DNA of 64,000 nt from an uncultured Desulfatitalea sp. (lineage in GTDB: Bacteria > Desulfobacterota > Desulfobacteria > Desulfobacterales > Desulfosarcinaceae), in assembly GCA_963668675.2 (NCBI GenBank), contig CAXXMB010000001.1, positions 480,001-544,000 on the forward strand. Reading direction: 5' to 3'. The notes below the pieces were generated by a model, which saw nothing but the letters and a program-made list of their open reading frames with translations, ran no database searches and was not told the origin of the DNA. Below, piece by piece: positions 1 to 10,865 of the stretch; positions within the stretch are counted from its first letter, which is position 1; every line of letters begins with the position of its first letter. Both the position numbers and the translations under genes were made by a program.

Positions 1-199
1 CCGCGTCGGAGATATGTACGTTCCTAAACTCGAAAATCAAGAAGCCCTGGCTGTCGAAGCCCAGCATTTTGCTGACTGTGTGCTCAAAGGTAAAAAACCT
101 CTAACAGGAGGAGAAGCCGGTCTTGAGGTTGTAAAAATACTGGCGGCTTCCAATGAATCATTAAAGCAAAAAGGTGCTCCCGTGGAAATTAAGAATTAA
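1..199 (+). CDS. Gfo/Idh/MocA-family oxidoreductase, C-terminal fragment (gene starts before the window)
   Basis: EALAVEAQHFADCV...PLTGGEAGLEVVKILAA is typical of Gfo/Idh/MocA C-termini in nucleotide-sugar loci. Confidence 0.7.
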   Translation, partial: RVGDMYVPKLENQEALAVEAQHFADCVLKGKKPLTGGEAGLEVVKILAASNESLKQKGAPVEIKN

Positions 200-248
200 A
201 ACAGTCTAATTGCCGAATCAGATACCTATACATTGGCTGTTCGCTTCA

Positions 249-340
249 GTAAATCGGCAATTGAATAGTCCTACCTTTGTCATCCTGGACTTGATCCAGG
301 ATCCAGTAACTGTCTGGAATCTGGCGAAAGCCGGAATACA
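249..340 (-). repeat. Partial palindromic MITE/REP-like element (same family as 43889-44016 and 54021-54168)
   Basis: GTCATCCTGGACTTGATCCAGGATCCAG core with flank that is the reverse complement of the 54110-54165 copy. Confidence 0.7.
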
Positions 341-373
341 GAGCAAAATGAATCAAACCTTTGGGAATTCAAA

Positions 374-838
374 ATGAAAAAAGTGGCATCGACAGTTAAA
401 CTAGGCAAAGACGTTTTCCTAAGCGACTATATAAATCTATACGGTTGCTCAATAGGAGATAACACAAAGGTAGGTCCGTTTGTTGAGATACAAAAAAACG
501 CATATATAGGTGCAAATTGTAAGATACAAAGTCACACATTCATCTGCGAAGGCGTATCAATTGATGATAACGTATTCATTGGGCACGGCGTTATGTTCAC
601 AAACGATATTTACCCGAGATCAACCAAACAAAATGGAGAAATGCAAAACGAAGAAGATTGGGAAGTGGTACAAACATTAGTAAAAAAGGGGGCTTCAATA
701 GGCTCTAACGCTACTCTTCTTTGTGGTATTGAAATAGGCTTAAATAGTATAATTGGGGCAGGTAGTGTGGTAACAAAGAACATACCAGATAATGTTATTG
801 TAGCAGGTAACCCTGCTAAAATTATAAGAAAACTATAG
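374..838 (+). CDS. Hexapeptide-repeat sugar N-acetyltransferase (WbpD/WlbB-like)
   Basis: Left-handed beta-helix repeats; [18 protein letters not shown] and GNPAK motifs. Confidence 0.85.
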   Translation: MKKVASTVKLGKDVFLSDYINLYGCSIGDNTKVGPFVEIQKNAYIGANCKIQSHTFICEGVSIDDNVFIGHGVMFTNDIYPRSTKQNGEMQNEEDWEVVQTLVKKGASIGSNATLLCGIEIGLNSIIGAGSVVTKNIPDNVIVAGNPAKIIRKL

Positions 839-967
839 ATTTTAAGGATTGCATATAGATTCGAATGCAAAAGCCTCAAAAGGAACAAGTAATAGACATT
901 GCTTAGCAAGGAGAGCATGTGAGGTACATAAGTACTTCTAGAAAATTAAAATAGATGGAGGTTTAGT

Positions 968-1693
968 ATGCGACGATTATTTTTGTTAACCTTTGTATTT
1001 ATTTTATGTCCGGTAGCTGCAAAAGGATATTCACTTTCTTACAATTCTATCTTCACTGGCGGGTATGATAGTTTAAATATTGCGTGGTCTCCGGTAAACA
1101 AGGAAATTAGTACATGGCGAACAGGTAACACTTGGTTCTATATGCCTGAAGGGATATTCATATCATCTGATGAAAATGAAACGGATTCTGTCTTAGCTGT
1201 TATTTCTTGTGCCTATTATATTGATTATACGGTGGGTACAATTCTAAATGATAATTTTTCAGAATATGATGTATCGTTCTCTATTCCTTACTATGAGGTG
1301 CCAGAAAAGAAAGTATTTACAATACCAATTAATGAAACAATAGATCTGTACTCATGGTTGGTCCCCCAGTCTCTGTGCCATATTGGAATAAATATTGAAG
1401 ATTTTCCAGTACCAATTGATCCGGAACTGCATGCTTTTACTGAAATATATGGAGAAATAAAGGCGTGTATAGATATCCAATTAGTAGATGTCTATCCTAT
1501 TACAGAATCTTCAACAAAATATTTTTTTATATTTTCAGTTATTTCTATCTCTTTATATCGTCAAATAAAACAATTATATTATTGTGTTGTTAGAAAAGTA
1601 AAAGATAGGCTTGATCCTCCTTTTTTGATTTCGATGTGTTATCGACAAACCGATTATAAAGAAAGAAGAGGTCAGAGCCTATTATTTTATTAG
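968..1693 (+). CDS. Secreted hypothetical protein with possible degenerate PEP-CTERM tail
   Basis: Signal peptide, acidic body, then PITESST + hydrophobic stretch + basic residues. Confidence 0.55.
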   Translation: MRRLFLLTFVFILCPVAAKGYSLSYNSIFTGGYDSLNIAWSPVNKEISTWRTGNTWFYMPEGIFISSDENETDSVLAVISCAYYIDYTVGTILNDNFSEYDVSFSIPYYEVPEKKVFTIPINETIDLYSWLVPQSLCHIGINIEDFPVPIDPELHAFTEIYGEIKACIDIQLVDVYPITESSTKYFFIFSVISISLYRQIKQLYYCVVRKVKDRLDPPFLISMCYRQTDYKERRGQSLLFY

Positions 1694-1737
1694 AAAGCAA
1701 TTATATGTTATTCCTGACTTTGGGATAGAGAAATTCT

Positions 1738-2703
1738 ATGAACTCAAAATTCTCAACTACATTATCGACTAGAATCTACTATACAATTAAACCTGCAATT
1801 CCTCGTTATTTACAACTGATGATTCGTAGAAAAATCGTACTATTTAAACGTGAGCAAAATAGAAACGTTTGGCCTATTGACGAATCAGCAAGTAGTCTAC
1901 CTAATTGTTGGAAAGGATGGCGAGAAAAGAAGAAGTTTGCATTGGTATTAATGCATGATGTAGACACACAATTTGGACATGACAAATGTCGCTATTTAAT
2001 GGATTTAGAAGAAAAACTTGGCTTCCGTTCAACCTTCAATTTCGTAGCTGAAAGGTACAAAATTTCGAAAAAACTATTTGATGAAATAAGATTAAGAGGA
2101 TTTGGCATTGGTGTCCACGGCCTTAAGCATGATGGTAAGCTATTTTCGAACAAAAAAATATTCTTAAAGAGGGCAAAAAAAATTAATAAATATTTATCGG
2201 AATGGGGAACATGTGGCTTTTCTGCACCTTCAATGCTACGTAATTTGCATTGGATGCAGGATTTAAATATAGAGTACGCTACATCAACCTTTGATACAGA
2301 TCCATTTGAACCTCAGCCGGATGGTGTAAAAAGAATATTTCCATTTTGGGTGCAAACAGATGCTAGTAAGCATGGATATATAGAAATACCTTACACGATG
2401 CCCCAAGATTTTACTTTGTTTATAATAATGAAAGAAAAAAACACAGATGTATGGAAAAACAAGCTAAATTGGATTGCAGATAAACGTGGTATGGTTTTGC
2501 TGAATACCCATCCAGATTACATGAATTATGGATCAAAAAAGAATAGAAGTGAAGAATACAACGCAAGACTATATTGTGATTTTCTAAAATGGATCAAGAC
2601 AGTGCATTGTGGTGATTATTGGCATGCATTAACAATAGAAGTTGCTGATTATTATGCTGAATGGCGAGTCTCAAAATACACTAAACTAATAAATTCTTGT
2701 TAG
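1738..2703 (+). CDS. Polysaccharide deacetylase-like protein
   Basis: LMHDVD, GVHGLKHDG and LNTHPDY motifs. Confidence 0.75.
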   Translation: MNSKFSTTLSTRIYYTIKPAIPRYLQLMIRRKIVLFKREQNRNVWPIDESASSLPNCWKGWREKKKFALVLMHDVDTQFGHDKCRYLMDLEEKLGFRSTFNFVAERYKISKKLFDEIRLRGFGIGVHGLKHDGKLFSNKKIFLKRAKKINKYLSEWGTCGFSAPSMLRNLHWMQDLNIEYATSTFDTDPFEPQPDGVKRIFPFWVQTDASKHGYIEIPYTMPQDFTLFIIMKEKNTDVWKNKLNWIADKRGMVLLNTHPDYMNYGSKKNRSEEYNARLYCDFLKWIKTVHCGDYWHALTIEVADYYAEWRVSKYTKLINSC

Positions 2704-3154
2704 AATATTGCTATGAAAATACAAATCCAATATGCTTATAACCACGGCCAAAAAATAAGCAAACAATTAGGGTTTAATACTGCTAATAATGCTCTATATT
2801 ACGTAATGAAAAGCTTGATGCCGCACGCTTAAAAAAAGCTGAGCGATGATTTGAAAAAAGTCATCAGATCGCGCATTGCCGGTAAAAATTATTAAAAAAT
2901 CTGCTAACTCGGCGACATCAAAAGTATCACAACATGAAGTATTTACAGGAAATGCGCAAAGAATAAAAATCAAGCTTAAAATTATGAAACGGAAACGTAG
3001 TAAAGACAGCAATAGGAAGCCTATTTTCGATCAGAGGCAACCTTTGAAGTCAGCAATTACCTTTTAAAAAATACTTCAAAAATTCAAAGATCCGCTAAGC
3101 GGTAAAACGATGGATTAATAACCTGGGCTAAAAACATCGTTTAAGGAATAAATT

Positions 3155-4321
3155 ATGAAAGCATGTATGGTAGCATATACTTTCTATGAAAATGATATGA
3201 GAGTGAGAAGATATGCTGAGACCCTTTCGAAAAATGGATTTGAAGTATTTGTTGTATCATTACGGCAGAAAAGCCAGAAAAAATTTGAAATTTTAAACAA
3301 TGTTAAGATATATAGAATACAAAAAAGACAAGTAAACGAAAGAAGTAAATTACAATACCTTCTAAGAATTATTGAATTTCTATTCCGTTCTACAATATTT
3401 ATAACTAAAGAAAGTATAAAAAATAAAATCGATATAATACATGTACACTCGGTACCCGACTTCGAAGTTTTCTCAGCAATATTTGCAAAGCTAAGAAATA
3501 GTATTATAATACTCGATATACACGATATTGTTCCAGAATTTTATGCCAGTAAGTTCAAAGTTAAAAATAGTTCAAGCACTATTAAATTGCTAAAAATTAT
3601 CGAGTATCTATCGTGTTGTATTTCAGATTATGTAATAATCGCAAATGACATTTGGAAAAACAAATTAGTCAAAAGATCAGTTCAAGAAAGTAAATGTACA
3701 GCATTTATTAATTATCCAGACACAAGGTTATTCGGAGAAAGGAAAAATTACAGTAGCGATAAATTCACTTTTTTATATCCAGGAACGTTAAACTGGCATC
3801 AGGGGCTGGATATAGCAATTAATGCTTTTGAGATAGCTCAAAAAAAATTTTCTAATAATGTGGAGTTTTGTATATACGGTGAAGGTCCTTCAAAAGAGAA
3901 ATTAATCGAAAGTGTTAAGGGGAAAAAGTTAGAGAGCAAAATCAAGTTTTATAATAGTGTATCAATAGAAGAAATAGCCAAAATTATGTCAGAGGCAGAT
4001 GTAGGAGTAATACCGAAAAGAAATGATCCTTTCGGCGGAGACGCTTTTAGTACAAAGTCCTTAGAATTTATGGCCGCAGGAATTCCGGTTCTAATGTCTA
4101 AAACCAGAATAGATAACTATTACTTTAATAATAAAGAAGTACTATTTTTTAATCCTGAGGACGAAAAGGATTTATCAGAAAAAATGATTCAAATTGCTAA
4201 TAATTCTCAGTTAAGAGAAAAATTAGTCAAAAATGGAAAAGAATTATCAAGAAAACTCTCATGGGATAATTATCAAAACCAGTATTTGAAGATTATTTCA
4301 AATTTATTAAGAAGAAAATAA
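3155..4321 (+). CDS. GT4 glycosyltransferase
   Basis: DMRVRRYAE, LDIHD.VPE and STKSLEFMAAGIPV motifs. Confidence 0.9.
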   Translation: MKACMVAYTFYENDMRVRRYAETLSKNGFEVFVVSLRQKSQKKFEILNNVKIYRIQKRQVNERSKLQYLLRIIEFLFRSTIFITKESIKNKIDIIHVHSVPDFEVFSAIFAKLRNSIIILDIHDIVPEFYASKFKVKNSSSTIKLLKIIEYLSCCISDYVIIANDIWKNKLVKRSVQESKCTAFINYPDTRLFGERKNYSSDKFTFLYPGTLNWHQGLDIAINAFEIAQKKFSNNVEFCIYGEGPSKEKLIESVKGKKLESKIKFYNSVSIEEIAKIMSEADVGVIPKRNDPFGGDAFSTKSLEFMAAGIPVLMSKTRIDNYYFNNKEVLFFNPEDEKDLSEKMIQIANNSQLREKLVKNGKELSRKLSWDNYQNQYLKIISNLLRRK

Positions 4322-4482
4322 CAGAGAAACTTGTAATATCTATTTATAAGTAGAAATAAAACATTATTGATAACTAAGAAAAATTATTTAAAAGATATTG
4401 TTTTATATATGGTAATTATAAAGATAAAAAAATCTGAACGATAGAATTACTAATAACTTTCCATTTAGAAGAAATTAATTAA

Positions 4483-5323
4483 CCCGATTCTCTATGAAAC
4501 TTAAGCTCGCGTTTAAGTGTGACCGGATTTGTCACACACCGCTGTTATAATAGTCTCAAAAAAATGACAAAGGAGGCCGTTATGACAAAATTTAAGATTG
4601 CAGAAAATTTCGAAAAAATGAGATTGAATTTGATCAACGTTTTTCTGACCCTAAAGCTTGCTACGATTATCTGTTTTAACATAAATGGCCCAATGGATTT
4701 ATCTGTAAAAAATGCGGCCACAATAGATACTGGGTCAGCGCACGTAATCTTTATATTTGCACCCAGTGTGAATACACACATTCGTTGACCACTGGTATCA
4801 TTATGGACAGTACAAAAAGTCCGATTACATATTGGTTCAAGGCCATGTGGTGGTTTACTACGCGAAAATCGGGGATCAATGCTACAAATCTGAAAGAACT
4901 ATTAGGCTTTGGAAGCTATGGAACAGCATGGACCCGGCTGCAAAAACTCAGACGATGCACCATACGCCAGGAACACAGTAAACTATCGGGCGCGTTGAAG
5001 TGGATGAATTTTTCATTGAAAGATCTATTAAAAGCAGTTCCAAGGAAAATGAAAGCCTGTATGGTGTTCATTTGGTAACTTTACTGATAAAGAGGCTCAT
5101 CCGTCGAACATTTCAAGGTCGCTTCGAGCCCAAGTATCTTCAAAACTATATGAACGAGTATGCGTTTCGTTTTAATCGCAGAAAAGCAAAGAGCATTGGT
5201 AAAAAGTTCATGCGACTAGTTTAAATAGCAATAGCATCGAAAAAAATTACATATCCCAAAATTACGTGGGATATGGACACAATTTATGAATATTATGCAA
5301 CTTAAGTTTCATAGAAAACCGGG
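4483..5323 (+). mobile_element. Decayed IS1595-family element (frameshifted, internally deleted transposase)
   Basis: 23-bp TIRs CCCG(A/G)TT(C/T)TCTATGAAACTTAAG; near-perfect 8-bp target-site duplication (TSD) TTAATTAA/TAAATTAA; fragments with Zn-ribbon, VEVDE and YMNEYAFRFNRR. Confidence 0.85.
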
Positions 5324-5340
5324 TAAATTAATTTAAAAAT

Positions 5341-6198
5341 ATGTATAAAAGATATTTAAAAAATTTTAGGCCAGACAAGGTTATATCAATATTTGCACTA
5401 AATATTTTTCGAGTGCTAAAATTAGAAAAAATATCTAAGGGGCTTCCTGTGCTAATGTATCATAGCGTATCAAATATTAAAGAAAGCAATAAAAATACTT
5501 ATTTCAATATAAATACCTCTCCAAATCTATTAGAGATGCATTTGAATTGGCTTTATAAGAATGGGTATAACACGATAGAAATCAAAGAGTTAGGGAATAA
5601 AACAAGTTATTTAATTAATAGCAAAAAAATTCTTCTAACGTTTGATGATGGTTATTACGATTTTTATTTAAATGCATTTCCGATTATTCAAAAATATGGA
5701 TTTAAAGCAATAATATTTCTTCCTACAAAATATATTGGAAGAAATAATATGAGCTTCAATAATAGAAAAATGCTTTCGTGGCGCGATATTAGATATCTAA
5801 ATAATAATGGTATAGAATTCGGTTCTCATACAATGACCCATCCTATACTTTATAAAGAAAAATATTCATCAATATACAAAGAGTTAAATGTTTCAAAGAA
5901 AATAATTGAAAATGAAATCGACAAAAAAATATCTGCTTTTTCATACCCCTATGCATTTCCTCAACACGATTCTCATTTTATTTCTAATTACAAAGGATTA
6001 CTAGATAAAATCGGTTATAAATTTGCGGTAACAACAAAAATAGGCATACAGAAATATGGAGAAAATTTGAAAACAGTAAAAAGACTTCCTATAAATAACT
6101 CTGATAATGTTGATTTGTTGGAAGCTAAAGTAAGTGGTTGCTACAATTGGGTTCAAAAATTACAAGGAATGAATAAAAAAGTTAGCATGCATAACTAA
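5341..6198 (+). CDS. NodB-type polysaccharide deacetylase
   Basis: LMYH, TFDDG, GSHTMTH and FSYPY motifs. Confidence 0.9.
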   Translation: MYKRYLKNFRPDKVISIFALNIFRVLKLEKISKGLPVLMYHSVSNIKESNKNTYFNINTSPNLLEMHLNWLYKNGYNTIEIKELGNKTSYLINSKKILLTFDDGYYDFYLNAFPIIQKYGFKAIIFLPTKYIGRNNMSFNNRKMLSWRDIRYLNNNGIEFGSHTMTHPILYKEKYSSIYKELNVSKKIIENEIDKKISAFSYPYAFPQHDSHFISNYKGLLDKIGYKFAVTTKIGIQKYGENLKTVKRLPINNSDNVDLLEAKVSGCYNWVQKLQGMNKKVSMHN

Positions 6199-6247
6199 TG
6201 GAATTAGGGCGTTTTGAAAGTGGCAGACTATATGTCAGGAGCAAAAG

Positions 6248-7198
6248 ATGATTAGTGTATCATTTATAATCCCAAGTTGGAATGCAAAAGAATATCTCCT
6301 TAAATGCATAGATTCTATTGTTAATAACTGCACGCAATATAAATACGAAATTATTATAGTAGATAATTGCTCGAGTGATGGATCAGCAGAGGCTGTATCT
6401 AAAAAATTTCAAGAAATACAAGTTATAAATCTCGAAAAGAATTTAGGTTTTGCCAAAGCATGCAATATTGGTATAAAAAAAAGTAAAGGGGATTTACTAT
6501 TTATTGTAAATTCCGATACTGAGGTATTTCAAGAAAATATTACAAAAATGATAAAGTATATGAAAAAAAATTCAGATGTAGGAATACTAGGGCCGCGTGT
6601 GCAAGGGGCAGACGGAAGAATACAAAGGTCATATATGAGAACACCGACAGTATGGAATCAACTATGTCGCACACTATTTCTTGATAAAATGACCAAAAAA
6701 TCAAAATTTTTTGGTGGATATCTAATGAAAGATTTTTGTAATGATATTACAACTACAGTAGATATTATAAACGGTTGTTTTTGGGTTGTTAGAAAAGTTG
6801 CATTAAAAACTGTAGGATTGCTTGATGAGAGATTCTTTATATACGGTGAAGATATGGATTGGTGCCTGAGATTTAGACAAAAAGGATGGAAGGTCGTATA
6901 TTTTTCAGGAGCAAATATAATTCATTATGGAGGTATGAGTTCTGCTAACGCTCCATTAAAATTTTACATCGAAATGCAAAAAGCAAATCTTGTATTTTGG
7001 ATAAAACATAAAAATAAATTAGAAGTTTATTTATATGTTTGTATACAATTACTACATATGTTCATTAGATGTGCTGGTTATCGAATTATAGCTATCTTTA
7101 AAAATAAGGAGAAAAAATCTTTATATAAAAAAAGTCGTTTCTATCTAGAGACTTTAAATTGGTATTTAAATGAAATAAAATATTTTTATGAAATATAG
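6248..7198 (+). CDS. GT2 glycosyltransferase (WbbL-like)
   Basis: VDNCSSDGS, NLGFAKACN and FFIYGEDMDWC motifs. Confidence 0.9.
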   Translation: MISVSFIIPSWNAKEYLLKCIDSIVNNCTQYKYEIIIVDNCSSDGSAEAVSKKFQEIQVINLEKNLGFAKACNIGIKKSKGDLLFIVNSDTEVFQENITKMIKYMKKNSDVGILGPRVQGADGRIQRSYMRTPTVWNQLCRTLFLDKMTKKSKFFGGYLMKDFCNDITTTVDIINGCFWVVRKVALKTVGLLDERFFIYGEDMDWCLRFRQKGWKVVYFSGANIIHYGGMSSANAPLKFYIEMQKANLVFWIKHKNKLEVYLYVCIQLLHMFIRCAGYRIIAIFKNKEKKSLYKKSRFYLETLNWYLNEIKYFYEI

Positions 7199-7241
7199 CG
7201 AAGAAAATACCTCTAATACTGTGAAAGGTGTTTAGGAAATA

Positions 7242-8129
7242 ATGAATAAAAGGTATGTTATATTAACTGCAGCAAAGAATGAAATAAATTATATTAAGAA
7301 AACGCTTAATTCTGTGATAAGTCAAACGCATAAGCCAAGTGAATGGGTAATAGTAAGTGACAAGTCGACCGATGGAACTGAGGAATTAATAAAGAAATAT
7401 GAAAAGAAATATAAGTTTATAAAGCTTGTAGCACTAAAGGGTGAATCAAAAAGAGATTTTGGTTCTCAAGTACACGCAATCAATAAAGGATATAAGAAAT
7501 TAGAAAAAAGTAATTATGAATTTATAGGTAACATAGATGCTGATGTATCTTTTGAACCTGCATACTTCGAAAATTTAATAAATAAATTTGAAAATAATCC
7601 AAAAATAGGTATAGCAGGTGGTACAATATACGAAAAAAGGAAAAATGATTCAAAATTCAAATATAGAAAAGGAAATTCATTGAAGAATGTACCACATGCA
7701 GTTCAATTATTTAGAAAAGAATGTTTTGAAGAAATTGGTGGCTACATTCCACTAAAATACGGCGGACCTGATTGGTATGCTGAGATTAATGCAAAAATGC
7801 ACGGGTGGATAGTACGTTCTTTTGAAGATTTAATAGTTAAACATCATAAACCAACATTAAGTGGTGAAGGATTTCTTAAAGGGGCCATAAGGCAAGGGAA
7901 AATGGATTATTCCATCGGAACAAATCCTGTATTCGAATTAATAAAATGTTTATATAGAATTAACGTTTATCCAAATATTTTTTACCCTTTTTATAGATTA
8001 TTTGGATATGTGACTTGCATAATTAAAAATGAAAAAAGGGAAGCAACTAGTGATGCAATTAAGTACTTGCAGAATGAACAAATATCTAGATTGAAGGATG
8101 TTGCAAAAAATATAATAAAAATTAAGTAA
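7242..8129 (+). CDS. GT2 glycosyltransferase
   Basis: SDKSTDGT and IDADV (DxD) motifs. Confidence 0.9.
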   Translation: MNKRYVILTAAKNEINYIKKTLNSVISQTHKPSEWVIVSDKSTDGTEELIKKYEKKYKFIKLVALKGESKRDFGSQVHAINKGYKKLEKSNYEFIGNIDADVSFEPAYFENLINKFENNPKIGIAGGTIYEKRKNDSKFKYRKGNSLKNVPHAVQLFRKECFEEIGGYIPLKYGGPDWYAEINAKMHGWIVRSFEDLIVKHHKPTLSGEGFLKGAIRQGKMDYSIGTNPVFELIKCLYRINVYPNIFYPFYRLFGYVTCIIKNEKREATSDAIKYLQNEQISRLKDVAKNIIKIK

Positions 8130-8230
8130 CTATTCAGCGTAAATCAAAAAATAGAAATAATAAAAAAAGTCTTGGCCGTGTTATTGAGAAAAAGGACAAA
8201 AAAATACTTCTCATTAGCTCTTTTACATAG

Positions 8231-8421
8231 GGTTTGCAGAATTTCAGATAAGTAATCGTAAATGTGAATAAAATGTCCCATACTATTGAGCGTAAGTGAA
8301 CGGAAAATCGCCTTTTTTGCCAATAACCCTTGCACTTTACTTTCCAGAAAAAAATGTACAGACATAATTAAAACAAATGGAATTCGAAAGCTTTAATCTT
8401 TCCTTTGATAGCAAATTGAAC
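8231..8421 (+). mobile_element. Truncated left end of an IS5-family element
   Basis: High similarity to 23964-24150 (TIR, promoter region and start of transposase); cut off by IS66. Confidence 0.7.
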
Positions 8422-8449
8422 GTAAGCGTCAAAGGAAGTACACCTGCAG

Positions 8450-10042
8450 CTATACGCGTGATGAGCTGATCAGTTCAGGATCGATATTCTGAGGCAGCAG
8501 TTTCCGATAGTCACTTTGATCTTTGACAAGCGGAAGTCGTTCAAACAGACAACGAAGATAAGAGTACGGCTCCAGCCCATTGGCCTTGGCAGTTTCAATC
8601 AGGGTAAAAAACGTTGCGGCAGCATCAGCCCCATTGGGTGCACCGGCAAATAGCCAATTTTTTCTTCCTACAACGAATGGGCGGATGGCATTTTCGGCAG
8701 CGTTGTTGTCAGGTTTATAATGCCCATCTTCGATATACACCGTCAGTTTGGACCAGTTGCGAAGGCTATAGTTGATGGCGATGCCCAATAGCCCTTTCGG
8801 AGGTGTCAACGGTTGCGTCTTTTCCAGCCACTTTTCAAACGCATCCAGGATCGGCTTGGCTTTCTCCTGGCGAAGGGCATGGACCTGCTCCGGTGACATC
8901 TGCTGATCCCGAGCGAACCTTTCAACTTTGTACAATAGGCCGATGTAATCCAACGTCTCATCTGCAAGGGTTTTCGTATCGACCCGTTTGCCCCGGTTTT
9001 TTTTGCGGGCCTTGATCGCCTCGGTGAACTTGCGCCGGGCATGCGCCCAGCACCCCATGTGGACGATGTCCTTTTTCTTACCCAGGTAATCATAGCCGTT
9101 ATAATCGTCGCTTTGGATCGTGCCTTTGTAATCATCCAAAAACGTCAAGGCTACTTTACCACTGCGGGTGGGGTGATACCGATACAACACACTCGGCTGA
9201 TCATATTGCCCACCGCAAAAGACCCACATGTACGATTTGCTGGTGTTGGCGCGGCCGGGCTCTTTTAAGACCTGAAGCGGCGTTTCGTCCATCTGGATCA
9301 AGGGGCCCTCCCGGATCTGTTGCTCGACCAATTCGATCAGGGGGCTGCATCGCCGGGCTGCCTGCACCAGCCAATTGGCCATGGTGGCACGCGACAGATC
9401 CACACCCAAGCGGGCAAACATCTTTTGCTGACGGTAAAGCGGCAGGGCGTCGGCAAACTTGGACACAGCAATGTGCGCCAAAAGCCCTTCGGTGACCATC
9501 GACTTTTCGATCAGCTGGACCGTGGCCGACGCGATCTTTACCGTGGGACCGTCATCTTCAACGCCCTCACAACTTTTGCAGGCGTATTTGTACCGGACAT
9601 GGCGTATCACCTGAACCTTGGCCGGTATATAGTCAAGCTTTTCGCAGGTCTCTTGTCCGATGCGGCTCAGCTTGGCGCCGCAGGCACACATCTTTTGATC
9701 TTCGGGCAGATCGTGGATGACCTCGACGCGCGGCAGATCCTCGGGCAACGTTTTGCGACCGCGCTTGCGCCGCTTGTGGGCAGGAACAACGATCGTGTCC
9801 TGTGATGTTGGGACTGGATCGGGCGTATCGTCCAGTCGACCAAAAATCGGCATCTGGCGATCATCGCCCTGGCGGCGTTGTTCGCTCTTTCGGCCAAACA
9901 GCTCGTTTTGCAATAAGCGGATGCGCTCTTCCAGGTAATGGATCTTTTCCTGGTACTTTTGATCGATGGCTTCGATCAAAGAAGCAATGTCTTGCTTGGA
10001 TAAGCGAACATCATCAGGCAGGCTGGACAGGTCCGATTTTAT
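8450..10042 (-). CDS. tnpC: IS66 transposase TnpC
   Basis: LFGRKSE, DETP, CWAHARRKF and DNNAAENAIRP..GRKNWLF motifs; the frame extends upstream of the TTG at 9979 through LPDD to an ATA at 10042 (possibly a mutated ATG). Confidence 0.9.
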   Translation of the reverse strand: MKSDLSSLPDDVRLSKQDIASLIEAIDQKYQEKIHYLEERIRLLQNELFGRKSEQRRQGDDRQMPIFGRLDDTPDPVPTSQDTIVVPAHKRRKRGRKTLPEDLPRVEVIHDLPEDQKMCACGAKLSRIGQETCEKLDYIPAKVQVIRHVRYKYACKSCEGVEDDGPTVKIASATVQLIEKSMVTEGLLAHIAVSKFADALPLYRQQKMFARLGVDLSRATMANWLVQAARRCSPLIELVEQQIREGPLIQMDETPLQVLKEPGRANTSKSYMWVFCGGQYDQPSVLYRYHPTRSGKVALTFLDDYKGTIQSDDYNGYDYLGKKKDIVHMGCWAHARRKFTEAIKARKKNRGKRVDTKTLADETLDYIGLLYKVERFARDQQMSPEQVHALRQEKAKPILDAFEKWLEKTQPLTPPKGLLGIAINYSLRNWSKLTVYIEDGHYKPDNNAAENAIRPFVVGRKNWLFAGAPNGADAAATFFTLIETAKANGLEPYSYLRCLFERLPLVKDQSDYRKLLPQNIDPELISSSRV

Positions 10043-10106
10043 GCCTGCGTGTATAGCATAACCGGCCGTTATTTTAAAGGGTATTTCTTAAAAAGAAGTA
10101 AAATAT

Positions 10107-10454
10107 TTATGCTACCGCCGAGTAGTATAAATGCTCGTGGGCACTAGTAAAGTCAAGGCCGGCCAGAAGCCAGTTCAACTGTTTGGCGCCGATGGTCACC
10201 ACCTCATCAACTGACGCCGGCCATTTGAAGCGATGCTTTTCAAGACGCTTGAGCCACAGACAAAAGCCGTTGGTATCCCAGTACAGGATCTTGATGATGG
10301 TGCGTGCCCGATTGCAAAACACGAACAGATCCCCGGAAAATGGGTTCAATGACATGTCCTGCTCGACCATGATCGAAAGCCCGTTGATGGCCTTTCTCAT
10401 ATCGGTGTGCCCGACGGCCAGAAAGACGCGCTGGGTGTTTTGCGGCAGCATCAT
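10107..10454 (-). CDS. tnpB: IS66 accessory protein TnpB
   Basis: TDMRKAINGL and KILYWDTNGFCLWLKRLE motifs; ATGA overlap with tnpA. Confidence 0.9.
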   Translation of the reverse strand: MMLPQNTQRVFLAVGHTDMRKAINGLSIMVEQDMSLNPFSGDLFVFCNRARTIIKILYWDTNGFCLWLKRLEKHRFKWPASVDEVVTIGAKQLNWLLAGLDFTSAHEHLYYSAVA

Positions 10455-10783
10455 AGCGCCGTAACCGTTGCGATGAGTTGTCTCAGCATATGCGGATCGA
10501 AGTTGCCGGGGACATCGATGCAAAACCCGTTGGGGGTATGCAATTTCAATGTTGCCCGATTGACCGGCACGGGAAGATCGGATGCCACTTTCAACGGTAC
10601 GAATGAGATACTCTGCTCGGCTTCTGCCAAGCGGGTTTTCCAGTAGCTCATCTGGTATTGCTTGATCCCGTGCTCCCGGCAATAGGCTGCCTGCTTCATA
10701 CCGCTTTGTTGCCAGGCATTAATGTGGTGTTGCCAATACTGCCGCTTTTGTTTGCGATCTTGGTTTGAAATGGTGGTATTCAT
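10451..10783 (-). CDS. tnpA: IS66 accessory protein TnpA
   Basis: WQQHINAWQQSG...YCREHGI...YW HTH pattern; position within the IS. Confidence 0.85.
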   Translation of the reverse strand: MNTTISNQDRKQKRQYWQHHINAWQQSGMKQAAYCREHGIKQYQMSYWKTRLAEAEQSISFVPLKVASDLPVPVNRATLKLHTPNGFCIDVPGNFDPHMLRQLIATVTAL

Positions 10784-10865
10784 CTGTGCGCCTCCTTATC
10801 ATGAATTTTGGCGCACTATGGCATGCCGGCTATCGTTTGAGAAGATGGGGTTAATTGAACGGTTA

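Noticed and set aside
2794..3067. Short ORFs or possible IS remnant
   Set aside because: No recognisable motif, TIR or TSD.
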